Assembly: GCA_050258555.1 (NCBI GenBank)
Contig: JBLMZA010000046.1
Span: forward strand, 7,855-71,854
From: Acidobacteriota bacterium
GTDB taxonomy: Bacteria; Bacteroidota; Ignavibacteria; UBA10030; UBA8401
Direction of reading: 5' to 3'
Length of the DNA stretch: 64,000 nt
The translations under genes and the position numbers were made by a program. Every line of letters starts with the position of its first letter. Within the stretch, counting starts at the first letter, position 1. Positions 39,662 to 48,863 of this stretch are shown here, piece by piece. The notes under the pieces were generated by a model. That model saw only the letters and a list, made by a program, of their open reading frames with translations, searched no databases and was not told the origin of the DNA.

Positions 39662-42028
39662 TTGACTCTTTCCAGAATCAGTACCCCCGCTCTCTTTGCC
39701 GGTGTTCTTCTGATCGCACTGAACACGGCAGCCGCTCTGGCGCAGCCTGGAACATACATTCAATCGGTGAAGCCGCAGTCGGCATCCGAAGGCGAGCCGC
39801 TGACGATTTCCGTTTCGCTGGCGCAGACATCATCGCTCAGCCGCGTGATGCTCTTTTACCGGCAGCTGGGCGCAAGCGACTTCCGCAGCGCCGAGATGCA
39901 GATCGCGCGCGACTCGGCCTCCGCAGAAATCCCGGCGTCGGAGATCGCACCTCCCTTCGTCGAATTCTATCTCGTTGCCGAAACGCAGACCGGCGTGCGC
40001 GAGACGTACCCGCTTTCCTCTCCGCAGACGACGCCGGCGCGCGTGACGATCCTTCCCCGCTCCGCTCAGACATCGGATGTGCTCATCCTGAGTCCCGAGA
40101 CGGATGCACCCGTTGCGCCGGATGAACTTTACATCTCTCTGTCGTTCGTCTATGCCGGCAGCGAGATCGCGATCGAAAAAACGAAAATCTTTCTCAACTC
40201 CGTCGACCTGTCGCCGAACGCCGTCGCCGCGGGCGATCTTCTGCTTGTGTCGCCCGAAGCGATCCCGGACCAGATGAAGTCGGGCGGATCGAAGCGGCTC
40301 CGCATCGAGCTCTATGACGCCAAAGGCGCGCTCATCCGCACCATCAACCGCACGATCACCGTCGCAGGAGCCGCGATGGCAGAGTCCGGGCCGGAATTCC
40401 TCTTCAACGGCAGCGGACAGACCGAATCGCGCTCTGAAAGCATCAAGGGCGCATCGAAGACATACAACCGCTTCGATGTGCGCGCCAATGCGCAGTACGG
40501 CATCCTGAAAACGACGGCGAACCTCCAGCTCACCAGCGAAGAGAAGCCGGAAAATCAGCCGCAGAACCGCTACTATGTCGGATTCGACGCGAAATATCTG
40601 AAGCTCGGTTTCGGCGACACCTATCCGCAGTTTCCCACGGCGCTCATGGACGGCCGCAGGGTGCGCGGCGTCTCGGCCGAAGCCTCGTACGGCATCCTCC
40701 GCCTGGCCGCCGCAAGCGGCGAGATCGTTCGGGGCGTCGACTACGGCGGCCAGACGCTCTCGAACCGCCGCACGCTGACGGTGGTGCGTCCCAGCTTCGG
40801 CAAGGGCGACCGGTTCCAGTGGGGCTTCACCTACCTTCATTCGAAGGATGGATGGAATGCAGGCTCTTCGAAGAAGCCGCAGGAAAACGTCGTTGCCGGC
40901 ACCGACCTGCTTGTGGCGCTCGACGACCGCCGCATCGAATGGAAGACGCAGGCATCGATGAGCATCAACAATCTCGACATCTCGTCTCCCGAATTCACGC
41001 GCGACAGCATCGATGCGGCCGTGGCGCGCGGCACGCTCAGCTCGAGCGAGGGCGACGATCTCAAAAAGCTTCTTCCGCTTGCGTCGAAATTCATCACGTT
41101 CAACGAGAACATCACGCCTCTCAATCCGACCGGACTCTCGTCGCTCGCCTTCGAGACGGCGCTCTCATTGAATTACTTCAACAACTACCTCCGCGGCTCG
41201 TACCTCTATCACGGCAGCGAGTATATGTCGTTCGGCACCGCGTCCTTCCGGCGCGACGTGCAGGGCTACAACATCACGGACCGGCTTCGCCTTCTGGGCA
41301 ATTCGCTCTTCGTCACCGGCAGCTTCGAACAGCTCGGCAACAACGTCACGAAATACGATCCGGTGACCACCACATGGACCACGGCGACGGCGTCGGTTTC
41401 GTATTTCGCCGCCGGACGCATTCCCGACATCACGCTCGGCATCTCCTCGTCGGGCATTTCGAACGACAATCTTCCCGTCGACTCGCTGCGCTCCGCGCTC
41501 CTGCCGCAGATCGATTATGCCACGACGCGCGTCTTTCTCCAGTCCACCTACTCCTTCGCATGGATGGGACAGCATCTGGCGCTGCTGAGCGTCGATTATT
41601 CCGGCGCCGACGATAAAAGCGTGCGCAATCAGGATATCACCGGATTCAACGGCATGCTCTTCGTCACGACCGAGCATACGAAGGCGCTGGAAAGCACCAT
41701 CGGACTGACGACAAGCCTGAACACGCTTCCTGCAAACGATACCGGCGCCGTTTCGCCGGCATCCACGACGATGAACTATTCCACGCTGACGCTCGGCGCA
41801 GGCTATCGCTTCCTCGAAGACAGAATGAAGGCGACCGTTTCGCTTGCGCCCACATTCGGCAACTACAGGCGCACGCAGATGGAAGCGGGAGTTCAATATG
41901 CGCTCTTTGCCCGCCACACGATCGCGGCGCAGTACCGGTACATCGTCAATTCATCGCTTCAGCCGACGCCTCTCATGCCCAGGACGGACGATTCGGCCTT
42001 TACGATCTCATACCGCATGAACTTCTGA
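39662..42028 (+). CDS. Large (788 aa) putative outer-membrane beta-barrel protein of unknown family, with an N-terminal beta-sandwich-like domain.
   Basis: It has a signal peptide (LFAGVLLIALNTAAALAQ), an N-terminal domain of about 200 aa, and then many amphipathic beta-strand segments. The terminal residue is aromatic (...AFTISYRMNF). It starts 11 nt after the FecR gene. Confidence 0.5.
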   Translation: MTLSRISTPALFAGVLLIALNTAAALAQPGTYIQSVKPQSASEGEPLTISVSLAQTSSLSRVMLFYRQLGASDFRSAEMQIARDSASAEIPASEIAPPFVEFYLVAETQTGVRETYPLSSPQTTPARVTILPRSAQTSDVLILSPETDAPVAPDELYISLSFVYAGSEIAIEKTKIFLNSVDLSPNAVAAGDLLLVSPEAIPDQMKSGGSKRLRIELYDAKGALIRTINRTITVAGAAMAESGPEFLFNGSGQTESRSESIKGASKTYNRFDVRANAQYGILKTTANLQLTSEEKPENQPQNRYYVGFDAKYLKLGFGDTYPQFPTALMDGRRVRGVSAEASYGILRLAAASGEIVRGVDYGGQTLSNRRTLTVVRPSFGKGDRFQWGFTYLHSKDGWNAGSSKKPQENVVAGTDLLVALDDRRIEWKTQASMSINNLDISSPEFTRDSIDAAVARGTLSSSEGDDLKKLLPLASKFITFNENITPLNPTGLSSLAFETALSLNYFNNYLRGSYLYHGSEYMSFGTASFRRDVQGYNITDRLRLLGNSLFVTGSFEQLGNNVTKYDPVTTTWTTATASVSYFAAGRIPDITLGISSSGISNDNLPVDSLRSALLPQIDYATTRVFLQSTYSFAWMGQHLALLSVDYSGADDKSVRNQDITGFNGMLFVTTEHTKALESTIGLTTSLNTLPANDTGAVSPASTTMNYSTLTLGAGYRFLEDRMKATVSLAPTFGNYRRTQMEAGVQYALFARHTIAAQYRYIVNSSLQPTPLMPRTDDSAFTISYRMNF

Positions 42029-42035
42029 TACTCCT

Positions 42036-44237
42036 ATGGCCGGCACGCGCCCGAAAAAATCAGAACTGATGCCGCATCTGCTTTTGGCAGCCGCCGCTTC
42101 GGCATTCGTGATCCTCTTTGTGCAGGACGTATTCGGCGTGTTCCATTTCTTCGACCGCATCTCGCTCTCGGCGGTCGATACGATGTTCAGGCGCCGCGGG
42201 CCGGCGGGACGCCCGGCCGATTCGCTCGACGTCGTCATCGTGAAGATCTCCGACCGGACGGAGCAGTCGCTTCCCGAGCATTTTCCCTTTCCGCGCAGCT
42301 ACTATGCCCGCGCCATCCGGAACCTGAACAGAGCCGGCGCGCGCGCGATCGGCATCGATCTCATCTTCGAGCAGCCCGATGCCCACGGAAGCAGCCATGA
42401 CGCGGAGCTCTTTGCGGCGATACGCGAGGCGCGCAACGTCGTCGTTGCCGCCCGCACAGACATCCGGTCCGATGACGTGTCCGTCACGCGCGCCGACGAG
42501 AACTATCATTCGATATTTTTCACTGCCGACAGCAGCGCCGGCAGCGTCTATGTACCCAACGACGAAGACGGCATTTACCGGCGCTACATGCCCTGCGCTG
42601 CATCGCCGGGCAGCGGCGCGCTCATCCCCTCATTCGCCTTCAGCGTGCTCAATAAATACCGCGGCCTCCCTTCGATGACCGTTATTGCATCCGCACCGGG
42701 AGGCTTCGACTATCAGGGACGGCGCATTCCCGGCGCCGACGATGCGTCGATGCTCATCAATTATTACGGAGTCGCTGGGAAGACATTCCGCGAGCTGGAC
42801 TTTGCCGACATCATCGACGACGCCTCGTTCGAGACGAACGAAGAGCGCGAACTGCATGAATCGATCAACACGTTCGATGACCCCGCCTACGGCATTCTCT
42901 CCGACGGATCGCTCAGGGGAAAGATCGTTCTTATCGGTCCGTCTTTCGCCGAGTCGAAGGATCTCGTTCCCGTTCCCATGGCGCCGGCCGACGCTCCGTC
43001 GCACAACCTGATGTACGGCGTGGAGCTTCATGCGAACGTGCTGCAGATGCTGCTGGATGAAAATTATCTGCGCACGGTGCCGCCGCTTGCTGCATCGGCT
43101 CTCTGTGCGCTGCTGGTCTTCATGCTCATGCCCGTCATCACTCTGATCAAGCAGCAGGCCACGCGCTCCGCGCGCATCAATGAACTGCTTGCCGGTTCCT
43201 TTTCCGGCATGCTCATCTATGCCATATTGGCCGGGGCTTCCTACTGCTTCAGCGCGTTCAATACCGTCATCCCCGTGGTTTCACTGGCTTCATCGGTCAT
43301 CACCGCCTACATCGTCATTTCGGTCTATCACTATCTCGGCGAGCGCAGGCAGAAGGCGATGATCCAGAAAATGTTCACGCATTACCTCAGTCCCCGCATC
43401 GTCGATGAGCTCATTGCGCATCCTGAAAAGCTCCGTCTTGGCGGAGAACGCAAGGAGCTGACCGTGATGTTCGCCGATGTCGGCGGATTCACGAGCCTGT
43501 CCGAGCGCGTCGAGCCCGAAACGATCATCGGCCTGCTCAATGAATATCTGGGCGCGATGAGCGACATCATTCTTGCCCACAACGGCACGCTGGACAAGTA
43601 CGAGGGCGATGCAATCATGGCGTTCTGGGGAGCGCCGCTCGAACTCGAGAACGCGCCGCTCGATGCGTGCCGCGCCGCGCTGGCCATGCAGAAGAAGGTG
43701 GAAGAGATACGCGCCCGATGGCGCGCCGAAGGAAAGCCGGAGTTCTCGATCCGCATCGGCATCAACACCGGCGAGATGATCGTGGGCAATATGGGAAGCG
43801 CCGCGAGATTCGACTACACGGTCATCGGCGACTCCGTCAACATCGCCTCGCGTCTTGAAGGCGCGAACAAGGCCTACGGCACGACGATCATGATCAGCGG
43901 ACGCACCGCTTCCTTCGTCGCGCATGAACTCCTGTGCAGGGAACTGGATGATCTGATGGTGGTGGGCCGCTCGAAGCCGATCAGGGTGTATGAGCCGCTC
44001 GGAGAAATCGGAATGGTTTCCGCCTCTCCCTTCTTTGCCGCGCTCGAACATCATGCGCGCGGACTCGAGCTCTACCGGAGCCGGCACTTCGCCGATGCGC
44101 TGGTTTCATTCAGGAATGTCCTCGATATCGCTCCGAACGACGGTCCGGCCAATATCTACATCAAGCGCACCGAGCGGTATCTGATGGAAGCTCCGCCCGA
44201 GGAATGGACGGGCGTCCATTCCCTTCAGTCGAAATAA
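42036..44237 (+). CDS. CHASE2 periplasmic-sensor class III adenylate/guanylate cyclase with a C-terminal TPR-like tail.
   Basis: The CHASE2 N-terminus reads FFDRISLSAVDTMFRRRGP...VVIVKISDRTEQSL...ARAIRNLNRAGARAIGIDLIFEQPD. Three TM helices follow. The cyclase core is ELTVMFADVGGFTSLSE...GDAIMAFWGAP...IGINTGEMIVGNMGS..RFDYTVIGDSVNIASRLE. It starts 8 nt after the barrel gene. Confidence 0.85.
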   Translation: MAGTRPKKSELMPHLLLAAAASAFVILFVQDVFGVFHFFDRISLSAVDTMFRRRGPAGRPADSLDVVIVKISDRTEQSLPEHFPFPRSYYARAIRNLNRAGARAIGIDLIFEQPDAHGSSHDAELFAAIREARNVVVAARTDIRSDDVSVTRADENYHSIFFTADSSAGSVYVPNDEDGIYRRYMPCAASPGSGALIPSFAFSVLNKYRGLPSMTVIASAPGGFDYQGRRIPGADDASMLINYYGVAGKTFRELDFADIIDDASFETNEERELHESINTFDDPAYGILSDGSLRGKIVLIGPSFAESKDLVPVPMAPADAPSHNLMYGVELHANVLQMLLDENYLRTVPPLAASALCALLVFMLMPVITLIKQQATRSARINELLAGSFSGMLIYAILAGASYCFSAFNTVIPVVSLASSVITAYIVISVYHYLGERRQKAMIQKMFTHYLSPRIVDELIAHPEKLRLGGERKELTVMFADVGGFTSLSERVEPETIIGLLNEYLGAMSDIILAHNGTLDKYEGDAIMAFWGAPLELENAPLDACRAALAMQKKVEEIRARWRAEGKPEFSIRIGINTGEMIVGNMGSAARFDYTVIGDSVNIASRLEGANKAYGTTIMISGRTASFVAHELLCRELDDLMVVGRSKPIRVYEPLGEIGMVSASPFFAALEHHARGLELYRSRHFADALVSFRNVLDIAPNDGPANIYIKRTERYLMEAPPEEWTGVHSLQSK

Positions 44238-44266
44238 TGATCTCTGCGCCGCTGTGTCCTGGCGCG

Positions 44267-45319
44267 TCAGCGGTGGAATTTGTCTTCCTGCAGCGTGATG
44301 CGGAGCGAAATGCGGTGCGTGTTGCCGAGCTGATCGTTCGCATCGAACTTCGCGAACGAATAATCGATGTCGAGCTTCCGGAGGTGGATGCCTGCACCGA
44401 CGGTGACGCTGCCGACGTCGTTGTATCCGCCGCGCAGCGCGAACACGTTCTTGTATTCATATTCGAGACCGAAAACGGGATCGAAGCTCACGGGACCGAG
44501 ATTGACGCGCGACGAGAAGCGCCGGTTCTCGAACCGCACATCCGCTCCGAAGGCCGGAGTGAACGTGCCGCCCAGCGCATCGAGCCGGTATGCCGCGCCG
44601 AGCTTCACCGTCGGCGAGATGAGCTCGTTCGTGCCGGTCGACCATGCCACAAGCGTCGTGGTCACGTCCTGCACGTTGGCGCCGAGCAGCAGGCGCTCTG
44701 TGGGAAGATACATCACGCCGGCATCGAAGCCGACGCCCGTGCCGTGAAACTCGCCGATATTGCGGCGGATGAGTTTCAGGTTCACGCCGTAGTACAGTTG
44801 TTCGGAAAATTGCTTGGCGTAGGTCAGGTACAGCGCGTAGTCGGCCGCATTGAAGAATGAAATCTTGCTGTAGTCGGGACGCGTGCCCGCGCCGTCATCG
44901 AAAATGCCGTTGCCGTTGATGTCGTTCCAGGCGCGCCGCGTGTCGGCGATGCCGTCGATGCCGAGGCGCACCAGACTGATGCCGATGGATGAGGCGCGAT
45001 AGTCGACGATGCCGGTTTCCGCATTCACGGTGTTGGCTCCGAACGGAAGCGCCACGGCCGCATAATCGTAATTGACAAGATTGCCGTAGCGCTCGTCGTG
45101 CATCAGTGCGATCTCCGGATACATGATGCGCGCGAGTCCCGCCGGATTCCAATATCCCGCAGTCACGTCGCCGGCAAGTGCGGCATAGGCGCTGCCCATG
45201 CCGAGGGCGCGGCCGCCCACGCCGATGGCCATGAATTCGCCGGCGTACTTGCCGATCGACACGCCGGCCGAACACACTGATGCGCTGAACAGGAGCGCTG
45301 CAAACAGGAGTTTTTTCAT
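44267..45319 (-). CDS. FadL-superfamily outer-membrane barrel resembling T9SS PorV/PorQ-type proteins.
   Basis: The signal peptide is MKKLLFAALLFSASVCSA. AIGVGGRALGMGSAYAALAGDVTAGYWNPAGLARI is a FadL/PorV-like N-terminal motif. It is about 350 aa. The family assignment is tentative. Confidence 0.45.
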   Translation of the reverse strand: MKKLLFAALLFSASVCSAGVSIGKYAGEFMAIGVGGRALGMGSAYAALAGDVTAGYWNPAGLARIMYPEIALMHDERYGNLVNYDYAAVALPFGANTVNAETGIVDYRASSIGISLVRLGIDGIADTRRAWNDINGNGIFDDGAGTRPDYSKISFFNAADYALYLTYAKQFSEQLYYGVNLKLIRRNIGEFHGTGVGFDAGVMYLPTERLLLGANVQDVTTTLVAWSTGTNELISPTVKLGAAYRLDALGGTFTPAFGADVRFENRRFSSRVNLGPVSFDPVFGLEYEYKNVFALRGGYNDVGSVTVGAGIHLRKLDIDYSFAKFDANDQLGNTHRISLRITLQEDKFHR

Positions 45320-45456
45320 ATGCACCTCATAGGTAAAAAATAGAAAAAAAGATCGAAAAAACAAATACGTACGCATTCCTCTCTTGTGTTTGTCCTTAAT
45401 TTTCTACACATTTTCGCATATTCAGTCTTCCCTCATTCTAGTCCAATGATGTTATT

Positions 45457-45645
45457 ATGAATGCGATGGAAAAACATTCATCACGGTTTTACGATCTCCG
45501 CTTCGGCATTCTGATCGCCATTATCATCATGATCCTGCTGTTCAAGCTCTTCGGCAGCCAGTCGTCGAGTTCCGTCCCCCCTGCTTCCTCCGCTCCGGCG
45601 CCTGCGCAGCATGCAGGCTCCGACACGCTTTCTCTTCTCCGCTGA
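45457..45645 (+). CDS. Possible small single-TM protein (62 aa) in an AT-rich divergent promoter region.
   Basis: The hydrophobic helix FGILIAIIIMILLFKLF is followed by a Ser/Pro/Ala-rich tail. It may be non-coding. Confidence 0.2.
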   Translation: MNAMEKHSSRFYDLRFGILIAIIIMILLFKLFGSQSSSSVPPASSAPAPAQHAGSDTLSLLR

Positions 45646-45768
45646 AAATAATTTTTCCCCCGTGCACGTTTTTTTTGAATCCCCGCAACTTTTTGACGCA
45701 TCCCATTGTTAGAACTGCACACGCAGTACGCTGCCAACATCAATTATTTTCCCGGTCATCCTCAATCT

Positions 45769-46752
45769 ATGTACGACATCCTTATTATCGGCGCCGGTCC
45801 CGCCGGCATCAGCATGGCGGTTGAAGCCCGTCAGGCGGGCATCGATCCGGCCAACATCCTCATCATTGAAAAGGCGCACGAACATTCTTTTTCGATCAGG
45901 AAATATTATCCGGAAAACAAGCTCGTCACCGCGCGCTATAAAGGCGTGGATGCCGAATGCACCGGCGTGATGTGCATCCCCGACTTGTCGAAGCGCGACA
46001 CGGTCTCCTATCTCGACAAAGCCATCACCGACCATGCGATCCGCGTGCAGTATTCCGAGACGGTCGAATCGATACGGCGCCGTTCGGACGACACGCATTT
46101 CGTCGTCACATCGGATAAAGGCGTGTATCATTCGCGCTTCGTCATCATCGCCATCGGCATTCTGGGAAAGCCAAACAAACCCGACTACCGCCTTCCTCTT
46201 TCCCTGAAATCGAGGATCCTCTTCGATATGACCACCGCGCCCGTGATCAATTCGGATGTGCTCGTGGTGGGAGGCGGCGACTCTGCATCGGAATACTGCC
46301 AGTACCTTGTGCAGCAGGGCAACCGCGTCACGCTCAGCTACCGCCGCAGCGAATTCACGCGCATGAACCGGATCAACGCCGAAAGTCTGCTTGCCCTCGC
46401 CAACCGCGGCCTCGTCGAGATCCAGTATGAATCGAATATCGTGTCGGTCACCGATGCGGGCGGCAGGCCCGAAGTCCGATATCAGGAAGAGCGCTCCGCT
46501 CCGCGCACGTTCGACTGGATCGTCTATGCGCTCGGCGGAACGACGCCGAAGAATTTCCTGAAGACGATCGGCATCGAGTTCATCGGCGACGGGCCGCACA
46601 TTGCCGACGGATTCGAGACGAACATTCCCGGCATGTTTCTGATCGGCGACTTGAGCGCCGGCGTGCAGGGCGGATCGATCATCTGGGCATTCAATACGGC
46701 GAACTCCGCCATGCGCAAGATCTGCAGCCAGTATCTCCGCTGTGCAGTCTAA
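45769..46752 (+). CDS. FAD/NAD(P)-binding pyridine nucleotide-disulfide oxidoreductase (thioredoxin-reductase-like, YpdA-like).
   Basis: The FAD GxGxxG is MYDILIIGAGPAGIS. The second (NADPH) Rossmann is VLVVGGGDSASE. The C-terminus GDLSAGVQGGSII is TrxR-like. Confidence 0.7.
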   Translation: MYDILIIGAGPAGISMAVEARQAGIDPANILIIEKAHEHSFSIRKYYPENKLVTARYKGVDAECTGVMCIPDLSKRDTVSYLDKAITDHAIRVQYSETVESIRRRSDDTHFVVTSDKGVYHSRFVIIAIGILGKPNKPDYRLPLSLKSRILFDMTTAPVINSDVLVVGGGDSASEYCQYLVQQGNRVTLSYRRSEFTRMNRINAESLLALANRGLVEIQYESNIVSVTDAGGRPEVRYQEERSAPRTFDWIVYALGGTTPKNFLKTIGIEFIGDGPHIADGFETNIPGMFLIGDLSAGVQGGSIIWAFNTANSAMRKICSQYLRCAV

Positions 46753-46768
46753 CCGACTGCACAGCGCT
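46736..46768 (+). terminator. Perfect 12 bp inverted repeat spanning the oxidoreductase stop codon. It is a terminator-like hairpin with a weak T-tract.
   Basis: CGCTGTGCAGTC-taacc-GACTGCACAGCG is followed by CTTTCAC. The TAA stop lies in the loop. Confidence 0.3.
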
Positions 46769-46901
46769 TTCACAGAAGAAAATCCACTTCTTTCGCCGAT
46801 TTTCAGCGAATTGCCTCAAGTAACCCCGATCTGTTCCGATGATAGAGATGGCATTGTGCCTTTCACCAGGCACGTTCATTCACAGATTATCAGCCGCCAT
46901 C

Positions 46902-48857
46902 ATGCATCGTTCATTCCCGATATTCATGCTTTTCATCGTCCTTGCAGCCGGGGTGTATGCCCAGGACGCGGCTCCGGTCGATCCGGGACTCGATTCGCTG
47001 CTCTCCGTTTCAGTGAGCACGGCATCAAAATACAAGCAGACCACGCTTGAAGCGCCCGCGTCGATCACGGTGATCACGGCATCGGACATCGCGCGATGGC
47101 AGTATACGACGCTTGCCGAAATTCTCAACCGCATCTGCGGCGTCTATACGAGCAACGACCGCAACTATTCCTATGTGGGCATCCGCGGATTCAGCCGGCC
47201 GACCGATTACAACAACCGCATCCTGCTGCTCGTGGACGGTCATACGTACAATGAAAATGTGTACGGATCGGCACAGCTCGGCAGTGAATTCGCCCTTCCG
47301 CTCGAGGCCATTGAACGCATCGAGTTCGTCCGCGGTCCCGGCTCTGCGCTCTACGGGACGGGCGCGATGTTCGGCGTCGTGAACGTCATCACAAAAGACT
47401 TTACCTCCTCCACAGGTATCGGCGCCGCGGGCAGTCTCGGTAGTTTCGGCTATCGCAAGGCCTCGCTGACATACGGGCGCGAATTCGACTATGCAACCGG
47501 CCTCTTCATATCGGCGCATCTCGGGCACAGCAATGGAACAGATCTGTATTTCCCGGAATATGCCGGCGATGCCGCATCGCACGGTATTGCATCGGACCTC
47601 GACTGGGACAGTTATTCCGGCGCCACGGCGAAACTTTCATTCCATCGCCTGACGGTGCGCTCCGCGTTTTCCGAGCGCAAGAAAGGCATCCCCACCGGAG
47701 CCTACGGAGTCGTCTTCAACGATTCGCGATCGCAGACGCTGGATGCGCGCGGATTCATCGAGGCGCTCTATACACATCCGGTCGGCAGCGCCTCGGAGAT
47801 TTCCGTGCGCCTCTACGGCGACCGTTATCACTATGCCGGCGCCTACGCCTATGAAGACATGATGAACAACGATCAGAGCACCGGCGTGTGGTGGGGTTCC
47901 GAACTCCGGTTCCAATGGGATGCCGCAGCAAGCAACCGTCTTGTGATGGGAGCAGAGTTCCAGGACAATCTCCGTTCCGATTACCAATCGATGTATGGAA
48001 GCACCAAGATCTTCGATCTCAATACGCCGTTCCGCGTCTATTCGATCTTCGCACAGGACGAATTCCAATGGTTCGAGAATCTGGCCGTCACCGGCGGCAT
48101 GCGATATGACTATCATTCCCCGACGGGCGGCACATTCTCACCGAGGCTTTCGGTGAACTGGAATCTGCTCGAGGGCGGAGTCGTCAAGTTCATGGCCGGC
48201 ACAGCCTTCCGTTCGCCGAATTTCTATGAATTGCACTATGCTGATCCTTCGACGGGATTCAAAGACAATCCGCGGCTTTCTCACGAGCTCATCACGACAT
48301 GGGAAATCGCCGTCGAACAGCGCCTGGCCGAACACCTTCAGGCATCGCTCTCGGCATACCTGTACCGCATGAATCACCTGATCGATCAGGCGATCGATCC
48401 TTCGGATTCGCTCTTCAGTTTCCTGAACCTCAGCCGGACGCACGCCCGCGGCATCGAATGCGAAATTGATTATCAGCCCTCTTCCGCTCTCCATTGCTAC
48501 GGATCGTTCGCCGTGCAGACAACGAAAGACGGAGTCTCGCATCAACGGCTGACGAATTCACCCGCGTGGCTCGTCAAAACCGGCGCGGCGTTCCGCGTGA
48601 ACGAGTGGATCGAAGCCGCCGCAGAAGGAAGCTATGACAGCGAACGCATTACCGTATACGGCACGACAGCGCCGGGCTTCGCGCTGATGCATGCGAAAGT
48701 GACGTTCGCTCCGATCGGGAGACCGGTTGCGCTCTCGCTCGGTGTGCGCAATCTCTTCGACGCGCGCACCGCCGTCCCGGGCGGATATGAACACCTTCAG
48801 CCGACAATACCGCAGTCCGGCCGCGAACTCGTGATGACGGCGGTCTTCAATTATTAA
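46902..48857 (+). CDS. TonB-dependent outer-membrane receptor.
   Basis: The signal peptide is MHRSFPIFMLFIVLAAGVYAQ. The plug block is ILLLVDGHTYNENVYGS...IEFVRGPGSALYGTGAMFGVVNVITK. The barrel ends ...VMTAVFNY. Confidence 0.8.
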   Translation: MHRSFPIFMLFIVLAAGVYAQDAAPVDPGLDSLLSVSVSTASKYKQTTLEAPASITVITASDIARWQYTTLAEILNRICGVYTSNDRNYSYVGIRGFSRPTDYNNRILLLVDGHTYNENVYGSAQLGSEFALPLEAIERIEFVRGPGSALYGTGAMFGVVNVITKDFTSSTGIGAAGSLGSFGYRKASLTYGREFDYATGLFISAHLGHSNGTDLYFPEYAGDAASHGIASDLDWDSYSGATAKLSFHRLTVRSAFSERKKGIPTGAYGVVFNDSRSQTLDARGFIEALYTHPVGSASEISVRLYGDRYHYAGAYAYEDMMNNDQSTGVWWGSELRFQWDAAASNRLVMGAEFQDNLRSDYQSMYGSTKIFDLNTPFRVYSIFAQDEFQWFENLAVTGGMRYDYHSPTGGTFSPRLSVNWNLLEGGVVKFMAGTAFRSPNFYELHYADPSTGFKDNPRLSHELITTWEIAVEQRLAEHLQASLSAYLYRMNHLIDQAIDPSDSLFSFLNLSRTHARGIECEIDYQPSSALHCYGSFAVQTTKDGVSHQRLTNSPAWLVKTGAAFRVNEWIEAAAEGSYDSERITVYGTTAPGFALMHAKVTFAPIGRPVALSLGVRNLFDARTAVPGGYEHLQPTIPQSGRELVMTAVFNY

Positions 48858-48863
48858 GCATGA

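Noticed and set aside
39662-42028. The 788 aa outer-membrane barrel as BamA, since dxr-rseP-bamA is a common order.
   Set aside because: The N-terminal region looks like a single beta-sandwich, not like five POTRA repeats. An unknown secreted protein and a FecR lipoprotein intervene, and there is no skp/lpxD context. It is kept as a barrel of unknown family. A profile search should confirm.
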